A DNA stretch of 64,000 nucleotides from Bacteroidota bacterium (GTDB lineage Bacteria; Bacteroidota; Bacteroidia; Bacteroidales; TTA-H9), in NCBI GenBank assembly GCA_003250395.1, contig QKGM01000002.1, forward strand, positions 23,906-87,905. The letters are read 5' to 3'. Shown piece after piece: positions 10,218 through 19,862 of this stretch; within the stretch, counting starts at the first letter, position 1; the number at the start of each line of letters is the position of its first letter. The notes beneath the pieces are model-generated. The model was given only the letters and a program-made list of their open reading frames with translations. It was not told where the DNA came from and made no database searches. A program made the translations under genes and the position numbers.

Positions 10218-11252
10218 TTAGTAGCCAAGAAGACCAGCCTGGTTTGCCAGGTACGTAAGGCTTAAACTCAGAACCAGAGCGATGAGCGGGGCAACCAGCC
10301 AAACAAGCCAAAACTTTTTGACAGTGTTGTTCTCCAGCATGATAAAAAGGCCTTTCTTACGAACACCAATTGCCATGATAGCCAGGGCATTTAGTTGTAC
10401 CAGGGAGGTTGGAATCCCTTTCACTAAAGAGGCTGTGAGCAGCAAAGTCGCTGTTATTACAGATACCAGTGTCGCTTCTCGCGGCCCAAGGGCAGTAATT
10501 CCTTTTCCTGTTGACCTTATTACTCTGTATCCAAATATTGACGCTCCGATTCCAAAGCAGGGTGCAATTACCAGTGTAGATAATACCATTATCATTTTAA
10601 ACTGAGCCTCGCCACCATTCGTCCCGGAGAGCTCATTCATTACCATTGAAACCAAAGGCCCTGTTGCATTGGCTACATTGTTTGAACCAATACTGAAAGC
10701 AACATAACATGCGGAGGCAATAAGCATCAGCCTGGTCATTGAGTAACGTGGTAAACGACGGCACGATTCAAGGTCTTGTGCCAACCATTTCTCTAATCTT
10801 CCCGACAGGAAATAGGTGAGGGAAAATGAAATGACAGGTAATAGAAACCAGGTAGGAATCACTTCTGTTAACAGCATCCTGGTGTTCAGGCTTTCGAGTA
10901 GTATCCCCGGCCCTGCTAAAGCAAATACAGTTGATTGTGAGGTGCTCTGGGGAACCCCAAGCAAATTGGCAATCATCAATGAAATTGCAACCGATAACAA
11001 TACGATAGTGGTGACTGTTAGGGTTAATTCATCAGCGGGTAACAGACCCTTTCCAAGAGTGAGAACTACTCGCTTTCCTGCTAAAATGGCACCGAAGAAC
11101 ACAAATAAACCAAACAATCCGGGTATCGCGAATCGTTTGATTACATTCGCTCCATAAGCCGCCGAAAAGGCCGGCGCTGTACCGCTTCCTCCCATATTGA
11201 TTGCCAGAAACATTCCTACAATCAACGGTAATAATATCGACGATAGCATCAT
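10218..11252 (-). CDS. Inorganic phosphate transporter, PiT family
   Basis: Hydrophobic multi-TM protein with AINMGGSG..PAFS, VPQSTSQ, AFSIGSNNVANA and GIPTSLVQ PiT-like repeats. Start set at MMLSS. Confidence 0.8.
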   Translation of the reverse strand: MMLSSILLPLIVGMFLAINMGGSGTAPAFSAAYGANVIKRFAIPGLFGLFVFFGAILAGKRVVLTLGKGLLPADELTLTVTTIVLLSVAISLMIANLLGVPQSTSQSTVFALAGPGILLESLNTRMLLTEVIPTWFLLPVISFSLTYFLSGRLEKWLAQDLESCRRLPRYSMTRLMLIASACYVAFSIGSNNVANATGPLVSMVMNELSGTNGGEAQFKMIMVLSTLVIAPCFGIGASIFGYRVIRSTGKGITALGPREATLVSVITATLLLTASLVKGIPTSLVQLNALAIMAIGVRKKGLFIMLENNTVKKFWLVWLVAPLIALVLSLSLTYLANQAGLLGY

Positions 11253-11412
11253 TAATTTTCGACTGTCTGTGAGTAAATGTGGCTGCAAGGTACCGATTTT
11301 ACATAAATCTGAGCTTTTTAGTGGTAAAGATATCCGGAAATTTGTTTTTCACTCAATTTCGTTGTATTATTGCGATATCATTTTAATATCATTAATCAAT
11401 CATTGTAATTTT

Positions 11413-12282
11413 ATGAAACAGGAAAAGTTTGTGACCCCCATGTCGGGTTACCTGGGTTTGCTCGTATCATTGGTGCTGATTGGAGGAGGAATCGCTACTG
11501 CTATACTTTTACAGGAAGTGGTAGTTTTTATTGTTGCAGGGATTATACTGGCCGTCGTTGGTCTGTTCCTGCTGGCCGGTTTATTGGTTGTCAACCCTAA
11601 CGAGTCGTCTGTGCTGGTGCTCTTTGGAAAGTATTCGGGAACTGTCGCTGGCAATGGCTTCTTTTTTATCAATCCCTTTTTTACCAGGAAAAAGATCTCG
11701 CTTCGTGCCCGTAATCTGAACAGTGACCCTATTAAAGTCAACGACAAACTTGGTAATCCTATCATGATTGGAATTGTACTGGTATGGCGTGTAAAGGAAA
11801 CTTTTAAAGCTGCTTTTGAAGTAGATGATTATACTCATTTTGTTGATATTCAAAGTGAATCTGCTATCAGGAAATTAGCCGGGCATTATCCTTACGATGT
11901 CTTTGATGATTTACAAACTGAAATTAGCCTTCGCGCTGGAGGCGAAGAGGTTAACCAGGTTCTGGAGGATGAACTCGCCGAAAGATTAGCAATGGCGGGT
12001 ATAGAAGTAATCGAAGCCCGCATCAGCTATCTGGCATATGCAAGTGAAATCGCGGGCGCTATGCTCCAGCGTCAGCAGGCAACTGCCATTGTAGCTGCGC
12101 GTCAGAAGATTGTTGAGGGTGCTGTAGGTATGGTTGAGATGGCACTTGAGATGTTGTCTACGCGCAGAATTGTAGATCTGGATGATGAGAAGAAAGCAGC
12201 GATGGTTTCGAATCTGATGGTTGTTCTTACATCTGATAAGGCAGCTAACCCGGTGATCAACACAGGTACGTTAAACCACTAA
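11413..12282 (+). CDS. SPFH/band-7 domain membrane protein
   Basis: Two N-terminal TMs, then LFGKYSGT, KVNDKLGNPI, QSESAIR, EARISYLAYASEIAGAMLQRQQA and AAMVSNLMVVL. Start moved from the track's 11197 to ATG 11413. Confidence 0.9.
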   Translation: MKQEKFVTPMSGYLGLLVSLVLIGGGIATAILLQEVVVFIVAGIILAVVGLFLLAGLLVVNPNESSVLVLFGKYSGTVAGNGFFFINPFFTRKKISLRARNLNSDPIKVNDKLGNPIMIGIVLVWRVKETFKAAFEVDDYTHFVDIQSESAIRKLAGHYPYDVFDDLQTEISLRAGGEEVNQVLEDELAERLAMAGIEVIEARISYLAYASEIAGAMLQRQQATAIVAARQKIVEGAVGMVEMALEMLSTRRIVDLDDEKKAAMVSNLMVVLTSDKAANPVINTGTLNH

Positions 12283-12290
12283 TCGATAAA

Positions 12291-12479
12291 ATGGCTCAGA
12301 AGAAAAATTTTGCCCTGCGAATCGATCCTGCAGTAATGAGCGCCATTGAGTCATGGGCAGCCGATGAATTCAGAAGCGTGAATGGCCAGATAGAATGGAT
12401 CATTACACGATCGCTGAAGGAGGCGGGTCGCTTGCCTAAAAGTTCACTGGCTGGTAAAGATACGCAAGCGCAGGAGTAA
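12291..12479 (+). CDS. Arc-like ribbon-helix-helix DNA-binding protein
   Basis: KKNFALRIDP...IESWAADEFRSVNGQIEW; this small RHH family typically follows this SPFH family. Confidence 0.85.
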   Translation: MAQKKNFALRIDPAVMSAIESWAADEFRSVNGQIEWIITRSLKEAGRLPKSSLAGKDTQAQE

Positions 12480-12615
12480 TGAAATGGGTTCAGGGTGTTG
12501 AAGATGCAATTGACAACAATCTATATACCTGTTTTGCTTTAACCGTTAAAAAAAACGATTTGAATTTATACAGGTTTTCCGGTAAGTATAAAAATAAGTT
12601 ATTTATCAACGCTTA

Positions 12616-13197
12616 CTACCCAATTACAACCTGAAGGTTGGTGGCGAATAATTTGACAGCGATGGCTAACAATATTACGCCAAAGAATTTTCGCAGAATA
12701 AAAATGATATCGCCACCAACTACTTTTTCAATTTTCTCAACCGACCTGAGTACAAAATAGACGAATATCAGATTAAGTCCCAGTCCTATCAGAATATTTA
12801 TCATAGCATACTCAGCCCGCAACGAAAGTAACGTTGTCATCGCGCCCGGGCCTGCTATCAATGGAAAAGCTACAGGCACCAGCGTTGCACCCGATCTCCC
12901 TTCGCTTTTAATAATCTCGATCCCTAAAATCATCTCGAGCGCAAGAATAAAGATTACAAAAGAACCTGCTACAGCAAACGAAGCTACATCTACCCCGAAG
13001 AGATTCAACATGGCTTCTCCGGCATAGATAAAAGCGAGAAAGATGACCAGTGATACCAGAACTGCCCTGCCTGCACGAATTTGTTTATGCTGGCTTTTCA
13101 GACTGAGAAAAATAGGGGTGGAGCCCAACACATCTATAATCGCGAACAGTACAACAAAAGCACTGAAGATTTGAATTAGGTTTATTTTTTCTAGCAT
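12616..13197 (-). CDS. marC: MarC family membrane protein
   Basis: LFAIIDVLGSTPI, VPVAFPLIAGPG and ILRKFFGVILLAIAVK. A TACCTTTG box at 13213-13220 supports ATG 13197. Confidence 0.9.
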   Translation of the reverse strand: MLEKINLIQIFSAFVVLFAIIDVLGSTPIFLSLKSQHKQIRAGRAVLVSLVIFLAFIYAGEAMLNLFGVDVASFAVAGSFVIFILALEMILGIEIIKSEGRSGATLVPVAFPLIAGPGAMTTLLSLRAEYAMINILIGLGLNLIFVYFVLRSVEKIEKVVGGDIIFILRKFFGVILLAIAVKLFATNLQVVIG

Positions 13198-13458
13198 TAG
13201 GTAATTTTTAAGCAAAGGTAAAGTATTTGCTGCGAGCAACAGTAAGGTCTTTTGATCGCAGCGTTGAAAGGCTGTCTGCAATGACACGCTTTCAGTTAAT
13301 GTATCGTTATCGAGCGAAAGTCTGTAAATGTACTGATTCGACCCATCTTATGTCAGCTTTCACTTATTGCTTATAAGCCAGGGTAGTTTTTACAAATTTA
13401 GATACCTGGAAAACATTATAAGTGTATTCGGGTGTTGAAGTGGTGACGCGATGCTTTC

Positions 13459-13508
13459 CCTTTCACCTTCCGTATTTATCCATTCACTTCATTATTTCAC
13501 CTGTTCAG
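13459..13508 (+). promoter_or_regulatory. Putative LytTR-binding direct-repeat array
   Basis: CCTTTCAC (13459), CCATTCAC (13480) and CTGTTCAG (13501) at an exact 21-bp period, upstream of an operon that ends in a LytTR regulator. Confidence 0.55.
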
Positions 13509-13673
13509 GGGATCTTAATTGCATGTGGTATATGCTTAAATGCATCTTTGTGTCATTCATTCAACGATATGCAAAAATTAAAAACAATAATCGCAAGAAT
13601 GGTAAATACGGTGGCAAGGAATGTCAATAAACCTGATTTGGTTATGGCTACCATTGCACCTCAAAAAAAAGCC

Positions 13674-15809
13674 ATGAATTATTTTTTCACTGTTCTTGTT
13701 TTTATGTTCCTGATTTCCGGAACTCAGTGCCAGACACTCATCTCAGGTACCATTACCAATATGAAAAACGAACCGCTCCCCGGTGCCAATGTCATGGTAA
13801 AAGGTTCCATTGACGGAGCCTCTTCCGATACACTGGGCCATTTCTCCTTTACCACCCATCGCAAAGGAGAAGCGATTCTCCTGACAACTTTTATCGGGTT
13901 TGAAGCAGATGAAACTCAGGTGAAACTTGACGGAACTGATATATATGTCGTTTGTCGCCTCAGGGAGCAATCGGCTTCTCTGGCCGATGTCGTCATTACA
14001 GCCGGTAGCTTCGAGGCATCCGATAAGAAGAAGGGTGTTACGCTGAAACCACTCGATATCCTGACAACTGCGAGTGCTGCCGGTGATATTTATGGTGCCC
14101 TGAGTACTCTCCCTGGTGCATCGGTGGTTGGTGAGGATGGCCGCCTTTTTGTGAGGGGGGGTGATGCATATGAAACAAATACATATATCGATGGCATGCG
14201 GGTGAAAAAGCCCTATTCTTCCACAACTCCCGACCTTCCATCCCGTGGAAGATTTTCCCCACAACTCTTCACCGGTACCACATTCAGTTCAGGGGGGTAC
14301 TCAGCCCAATACGGTGAGGCTTTATCTTCTGCCCTTATCCTTAACACCACCGGGATGGCTTCTGAAAGCCAACGGGGGATTGGTCTGATGGGGCTTGGGA
14401 TTTCTGCTTCCAAAACGTGGGCTGGAGAGAAAGTTTCAGGAACCATTGGTGCCGAGTATTACGATCTGAAATTATACAATAGTCTTGTGAAACAAAGAGT
14501 GAGTTATGATAAGGACCCGGTAGGTGCGGGTATTAGTTTTAACCTTCGGAAAAAAAACAACCATGATGGATTATTACGTGTAATGGGAAATGCCTCTTTG
14601 AGCCGGGTGGGTCTCTGGTATCCTGATTACGAAAATAATGGGGTACAATCACCTGTCAACCTGGATAACGATAACCTTTTCCTGAACAGCCTCTGGACAA
14701 CATCTGCCGGCGACGGTTGGGGATTGAAACTTGGTCAGGCATTCAGCTACGACAACAACAGGCTTCGGCCTGGCGAACGCGGGATCGATGAAAAAGACCT
14801 TTTTTACCAGGGTAAACTGTCGTTCTATAAGGAATTTACCCCAAAAGTGAACCTGCTGGCGGGCGCTGACATCAGCCTGAGCAGATTTGTTCAGGAATAT
14901 ACTGATCCTTCTTCCTCTCATTTTCGTGTTGAAATCAGCGATCAGATGCCAGCGCTTTTTGTCGAATCGGAGGTGATGGTAATGCGCAGAATCGCAATCA
15001 GGGCAGGTCTTCGGGGAGAATGGTCACCGATGCTGGGCGAATTGGTAGTGAATCCGCGTTTTTCCGCTGCATGGCTTATTGGCGAGGATAGTCAGATATC
15101 TTTTGCTTCTGGTATCTTTAACCAGAAGCCACAGGAGCAACTGCTCAGGTTTACCAGGAATCTTGGTTTTGAGAGGGCAGAACACTACATTCTTAATTAT
15201 CAGATACAGAAAAATGACCGGATTTTCAGAATTGAACTGTATCAAAAAAACTATTCTAACCTGGTATGCTATAACGGTTTAGATTTTACCAATGCAACCA
15301 CATATAACAACAGAGGGAATGGTTATGCCCGTGGACTCGAGATCTTCTGGCGCGATCAGCAAACAGTGAAGGCACTTGATTACTGGGTGTCGTATAGTTT
15401 TATCGATACCCGCCGCCTTTACCGCGATTTCCCGGTGAAAGCCCGTCCCTCTTTTGCCCCGGAACATAATTTTTCATTGGTAGCAAAGTGGTGGGTGGCG
15501 AAGCTTAATACACAATTTGGCGGCACCCTTTCCATGGCTTCAGGACGACCTTACAATGATCCCTCTTCAACTGGCTTTATGGATAAACTAGCACCGAGTT
15601 ATTTTGATATAAGCCTCAACGCGAGTTACCTATTTCCTTTGTTCGGTAGAACTTCTGTGCTTTACCTCTCAGTCAGCAACATTACAGGTCGGCAGAATAT
15701 ATTTGGTTACCACTTTTACCAGTCGGCTCAGGGGACTATCATATCAGATCCTGTGAAGCCTGAAGCCGACAGGTTCTATTTTATCGGCGTGTTTTTCAAT
15801 TTTAGCTAA
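13674..15809 (+). CDS. TonB-dependent receptor with N-terminal carboxypeptidase-regulatory-like domain
   Basis: Signal peptide MNYFFTVLVF, EPLPGANV, plug region (LPGA..VGEDGRLFVRGG, FSSGGYSAQYGEALS) and a C-terminal aromatic beta-strand FYFIGVFFNFS. Start is uncertain (in-frame ATG at 13569). Confidence 0.9.
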   Translation: MNYFFTVLVFMFLISGTQCQTLISGTITNMKNEPLPGANVMVKGSIDGASSDTLGHFSFTTHRKGEAILLTTFIGFEADETQVKLDGTDIYVVCRLREQSASLADVVITAGSFEASDKKKGVTLKPLDILTTASAAGDIYGALSTLPGASVVGEDGRLFVRGGDAYETNTYIDGMRVKKPYSSTTPDLPSRGRFSPQLFTGTTFSSGGYSAQYGEALSSALILNTTGMASESQRGIGLMGLGISASKTWAGEKVSGTIGAEYYDLKLYNSLVKQRVSYDKDPVGAGISFNLRKKNNHDGLLRVMGNASLSRVGLWYPDYENNGVQSPVNLDNDNLFLNSLWTTSAGDGWGLKLGQAFSYDNNRLRPGERGIDEKDLFYQGKLSFYKEFTPKVNLLAGADISLSRFVQEYTDPSSSHFRVEISDQMPALFVESEVMVMRRIAIRAGLRGEWSPMLGELVVNPRFSAAWLIGEDSQISFASGIFNQKPQEQLLRFTRNLGFERAEHYILNYQIQKNDRIFRIELYQKNYSNLVCYNGLDFTNATTYNNRGNGYARGLEIFWRDQQTVKALDYWVSYSFIDTRRLYRDFPVKARPSFAPEHNFSLVAKWWVAKLNTQFGGTLSMASGRPYNDPSSTGFMDKLAPSYFDISLNASYLFPLFGRTSVLYLSVSNITGRQNIFGYHFYQSAQGTIISDPVKPEADRFYFIGVFFNFS

Positions 15810-15846
15810 CAGTTACTCTCTATATTTTTAATTAAATCATTTATTT

Positions 15847-16488
15847 ATGAAAAACTTAGCTCTTACATTCTTTATCCCGCTCCTGCTTTCTTTTACACTC
15901 TCGGCCCAGGATTATGATGCCGACCTTCAAGTGCTGCTTCCCCGGATCGGAACAGCAAAAACAGGAGCCGACTATGCTCTGGTAGCTTCGCAACTAAACA
16001 GTCTGGCACAATCAGAACCTGGCCGCTGGGAGGCTCCATTCTGGAGTGCTCATTGCCTCGTACTCCAGGCTTTCAGTGAAAAGGAGGCAGATAAGATTGA
16101 CCCAATACTCGATCAGGCGGAGTCTCTGCTCGAAAAGCTCATTCAACAGCATCCGGATGAAGCCGAATTTTATGTGCTGATGGCTATGCTCAATCAGGCA
16201 CGTATAAGTGTGAACCCTATGACACGTGGAATGAAGTACTCAGGCCTTGCCGACAAAAACATTGAGAAAGCGATGAACCTCGATCCTGATAACCCGCGTG
16301 CCTGGTACCTGAAGGCTTCCAATGTACTTTATACTCCAGCTATGTTCGGTGGAGGTAAAGAGAAGGCCAGGCCTATTTTTGAAACTGCTGCTGAAAAGTT
16401 TGGTACCTATAAACCCCGTTCCCCTTACCATCCCGATTGGGGCAGGGAGCAAAACGATGCGAAAATCAAAGCTTGCGAATCTAATTAA
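15847..16488 (+). CDS. Secreted TPR-like helical protein
   Basis: Signal peptide; helical repeats; the motif LDPDNPRAWYLKA...TPAMFGGGKEKA...PDWG, typical of proteins beside this TBDR type. Confidence 0.8.
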   Translation: MKNLALTFFIPLLLSFTLSAQDYDADLQVLLPRIGTAKTGADYALVASQLNSLAQSEPGRWEAPFWSAHCLVLQAFSEKEADKIDPILDQAESLLEKLIQQHPDEAEFYVLMAMLNQARISVNPMTRGMKYSGLADKNIEKAMNLDPDNPRAWYLKASNVLYTPAMFGGGKEKARPIFETAAEKFGTYKPRSPYHPDWGREQNDAKIKACESN

Positions 16489-16586
16489 TAATAAAGCCTC
16501 ATCCGGTGATCCAAAGATTTCCTCTGTTCTTATGGTATCTTTGGATCTCCGGGGCGCTTAGCACACCATTTTACTACATTTACACC

Positions 16587-17621
16587 ATGAAAAAACCTGT
16601 AGCCATTCAGTGGGCTAAAAACGTAGTTCTGATCCTCGGCCTTTCTATCGGGTTCGGGTTATTGTTTGCCTTTATTTTTAGTGGTTTCAGGATGTTTAAA
16701 CTACCCCGGTTGATCTCAATTGCACTGTATTCGGTTTCGATTGGTGCGATTGTCTGGGGCGGAAGTGAATTGATCTCGAGGTGGGTTCCGCGTTATTGGC
16801 CCTGGCATGTGAACCCCGGCCGTACATTTACAATCAATTTTGCTTTCTGTATTGTTTACACGCTGGTCAGTATCAGTGCTTTCAATTTCGCTGTCTTATA
16901 CCCAAGGGGTGAAGCCATGACAGACTGGAATGGTTTTATCTGGTCTGTTCTGATGCATACGTTGATTGCCGTTATTATCACCATTATTATTTTCATGTAC
17001 TTCTTTCTGAAAAAATTCCTGAGCCATTGGCGTGAAGGGATGCAACGGGAGGAACAATACAAACGGGAGGTTATAATGGCACAATATGAGGTGCTGCAAA
17101 GCCAGGTGAATCCCCATTTCCTGTTCAACAGTTTAAGTGTCCTCACCTCGCTCGTGGAGACCGATCAGAAGGCAGCCGTGAAGTTTATCGGTAAACTGGC
17201 TGAGGTGTACCGCTACGTGCTCGATATGCGTGATCAGGATACCGTAAGTTTGGCTGATGAGCTCAAACTGGCGGGATCTTATCTTTTCATGCAGCAATAC
17301 CGGTTTAATGAACAGTTGATAGTGAGCATCAATATCAAAAATCCAGTCGGAAAAATTGTACCGCACTCTTTACAAATGTTGCTCGAAAATGCGCTGAAAC
17401 ATAATATTATTTCTGAAGATAACCCCCTCAGGATTGAGGTGTACGAGGAGGAAGGTTACGTGGTTTGCAGCAATACATACCAGCCACGCGAGGTTATAGA
17501 ACCTTCGACGGGCACAGGATTGAAAAATATTACCGGGCGTTATGCAGTCCTGACTCCCAAACCGGTGCTCTCGGGTATCGAAGGCAATAGTTTTGTAGTA
17601 CGAATACCTGTCATAGCATGA
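16587..17621 (+). CDS. LytS/YehU-type sensor histidine kinase
   Basis: About 4 TMs, then LQSQVNPHFLFNSL, LQMLLENALKHN and STGTGLKNI. Confidence 0.93.
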   Translation: MKKPVAIQWAKNVVLILGLSIGFGLLFAFIFSGFRMFKLPRLISIALYSVSIGAIVWGGSELISRWVPRYWPWHVNPGRTFTINFAFCIVYTLVSISAFNFAVLYPRGEAMTDWNGFIWSVLMHTLIAVIITIIIFMYFFLKKFLSHWREGMQREEQYKREVIMAQYEVLQSQVNPHFLFNSLSVLTSLVETDQKAAVKFIGKLAEVYRYVLDMRDQDTVSLADELKLAGSYLFMQQYRFNEQLIVSINIKNPVGKIVPHSLQMLLENALKHNIISEDNPLRIEVYEEEGYVVCSNTYQPREVIEPSTGTGLKNITGRYAVLTPKPVLSGIEGNSFVVRIPVIA

Positions 17622-18376
17622 GAACTATTATTATCGACGATGAACGTCTTTCGGCTCAACGGCTTGAAAAACTTATAGGAGAGGTTGCCCCCTTTGTAAG
17701 GGTAGAGGCTGTTTTGACAGGAGTGAAATCAACGCTTGACTGGCTTGGTTCGAACCCGCATCCCGATTTTCTACTGCTCGATATCCAACTGGGTGATGGG
17801 TCGGGTTTTGATATACTGGAACAATCAGGGGTTAAATGCCCTGTGATTTTCACCACGGCTTTTAATGAATATGCTGTAAAGGCATTCAGGATGAATGGCA
17901 TCGACTATCTGTTGAAGCCCGTCGACCCCGTTGAGCTTTCAGAGGCGCTCGAAAGAGTGAAGGAGAGGAGCGCTGGTACCCAGGCTCCTCTCAGTTCAGC
18001 AGAAATGGCGATTGCCCTGCAAATGATTACACGTCGATATAAAGAGCGGTTTATGATCAGGTCGGGCGAAAAAATCCACATATTGCCCGTAGCTCAGGTG
18101 GGAGCCTTTATCAGCCTGGAAGGAGAGACCTTTGCATCTACCCTTGAAGGAAGACTTTTCGACCTTGATCTTACCCTTGATCAGCTTACCCGTTTGCTTG
18201 ACCCCGATAAATTTTTCCGGGTAAGCCGGAAATACATAGTTGCTATTGATGCTATCGCGAGCGTTTCGGTGTATAGTGGTTCGCGTCTGAAAATCAACGT
18301 GAAGGGGGTTAAAACCGACGAAGTGTTTGTCAGTCGTGAAAGGGTAGGAGAATTCAGGGCATGGATGGATCGCTGA
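17618..18376 (+). CDS. LytTR-family response regulator
   Basis: REC domain (IIDDE, LLDIQL, FTTAF, DYLLKP) plus LytTR domain (FFRVSRKYIV, VSRERV). ATGA overlap with the kinase gene. Confidence 0.95.
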   Translation: MRTIIIDDERLSAQRLEKLIGEVAPFVRVEAVLTGVKSTLDWLGSNPHPDFLLLDIQLGDGSGFDILEQSGVKCPVIFTTAFNEYAVKAFRMNGIDYLLKPVDPVELSEALERVKERSAGTQAPLSSAEMAIALQMITRRYKERFMIRSGEKIHILPVAQVGAFISLEGETFASTLEGRLFDLDLTLDQLTRLLDPDKFFRVSRKYIVAIDAIASVSVYSGSRLKINVKGVKTDEVFVSRERVGEFRAWMDR

Positions 18377-18536
18377 GAATACTCCAAGTATCAGGCTTCC
18401 GTAAAATACCCTTTATGGCTGATATCTGTTGGAAATCTCCTTTCAGAAGCTGCCTCCATGTCAATCCATTGTGCCTGGGTTCCTGAAATGGGCTACAGGC
18501 CTTGCAATGAACAGGGGTTTTGATTCACGGATAATT

Positions 18537-19181
18537 TCAAACCATGATCGTGCCGATTAACTGACTGTCGGAAACAGCCGAGGGGGTGGCTTTTAGGAGA
18601 ATATTCTCAAGAGAATAGAAACCAATGAAGAACCAGATGGAGTCTCCGGGGTTAGTTGGTGGCAGTATGATTTCTGCTTGTTTTTGCGACCGTGTGACAA
18701 CCGACCGGATGCCAGTCACTTCGAGCGTCCGGTCGTTTACGGCAGCGATCATCGCTACATCCTTTTCTGACCACGATTGCCATATTACCGGATCGTCCCA
18801 GCTGACAAGGGCTTCGGTAGTGCTGATCAGCTCAACTTTCAGTTCTGAAGCCCCTGCCAGTGTCCCTTTACTGATCATCAGCCATCCAAGGCCACTTTTC
18901 TGATCTGACTGGTTCATCCGCCTGATGTTAACCGATAATGCCCCGGCGAAGGCTGAACGTGCTTCCTGTTTGATTATAAACCCTATCCTGATGTAATCTG
19001 CCAGATGTTGTAACACGCGCATTACACGGCTAAAATCATGCTGGCATTCAAGTTTTCTTCCTCTGGCCTTTTTTTTCGGCTTACCCGGAAGCGTTCTTGC
19101 AATGGTTTGCCCGTAAGCATTGTAAACAGATATATTACCAATTTTTCCGGAATATTCTGTAAAAAAAGAATTGATTTTCAT
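18537..19181 (-). CDS. DUF6266-like hypothetical protein
   Basis: N-terminus SGKIGNISVY...GQTIARTLP..K...Q..F and a central ISKGTL followed by a beta-rich domain ending VSDS, resembling the Bacteroidota DUF6266 family (from recall). Confidence 0.7.
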   Translation of the reverse strand: MKINSFFTEYSGKIGNISVYNAYGQTIARTLPGKPKKKARGRKLECQHDFSRVMRVLQHLADYIRIGFIIKQEARSAFAGALSVNIRRMNQSDQKSGLGWLMISKGTLAGASELKVELISTTEALVSWDDPVIWQSWSEKDVAMIAAVNDRTLEVTGIRSVVTRSQKQAEIILPPTNPGDSIWFFIGFYSLENILLKATPSAVSDSQLIGTIMV

Positions 19182-19314
19182 GATGTTAATAATTTAAAAG
19201 TGAGTATAATAATTAATAAATGATTATAGCAACCCCAACGGTGAAAACCTTCACCTTTTGCCTTTTGCCTTTGAAAAGATGGGTACCCACTTTAAAATTG
19301 AAAACTGTTGCAGC

Positions 19315-19443
19315 CGGTTTGCAAGGCTCGGTTCCGGGCTGTTGAGGGTCGGTTCAGAATTGCGTCACCTTTTGGTTTTTTATGAAGTTGAACCGAAGAT
19401 GAAGCGTAGCTAAAGCGTAGGTCTAGCGTGTGGCCAGGGTTCG
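19315..19443. repeat. Degenerate 11-bp-period tandem repeats with an embedded inverted repeat
   Basis: GAAGTTGAACC/GAAGATGAAGC/GTAGCTAAAGC/GTAGGTCTAGC at 19384-19427; TCGGTTCA (19349) and TGAACCGA (19389) are reverse complements; CGGTT recurs at 19315, 19329 and 19350. Confidence 0.55.
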
Positions 19444-19503
19444 TTATCGATCTGTTTTCGCCTGATCTTTTGTTTTGATTCTATTCAAAACCAGCCTGAT
19501 CAG

Positions 19504-19520
19504 AACAAAAAATCGTGCCA
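19504..19520 (-). promoter_or_regulatory. Sigma54-like -24/-12 element (TGGCACGATTTTTTGTT) facing the DUF6266-like gene
   Basis: Perfect TGGCACG -24 box; the -12 TTG is one base further away than canonical. Confidence 0.4.
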
Positions 19521-19862
19521 AACTCATGTTAAGGGGCTGTATGGATGAATTTTTTTTTCTGTTGCGCGATATCCGGGTATCCAATAGGCATTGCGATGGC
19601 CGGCACGACAGCCCGGATTGTAATTATTAAATATTTTCTTCTGAATGTGATACATCATGTGTTATTTAACCGGAAAGGAAAAGCTGATTCGAGAACTTGT
19701 GTATCAGTATTCCGGTTATTGTTTGTTTTAACGCCCCTCCTTCTTTCTGTCACGGGTTGTAACCTGTTTCAGGTTCTTACGTCTTGTAGTGAAGGAAATT
19801 TTCCGGTGGGTAAAATCATCTCGTGGTACCTATCGTTATTTCACCATTACCAAAATGATCAG

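Noticed and set aside
13422-13673. N-terminal extensions given by the ORF track (also at 11197, 19545, 41082, 16506)
   Set aside because: They run through promoter or regulatory sequence or overlap neighbouring genes; downstream ATGs give proper signal peptides or domain starts.
19315-19443. CRISPR array
   Set aside because: Units are 11 bp, degenerate and have no spacers; no cas genes in the window.
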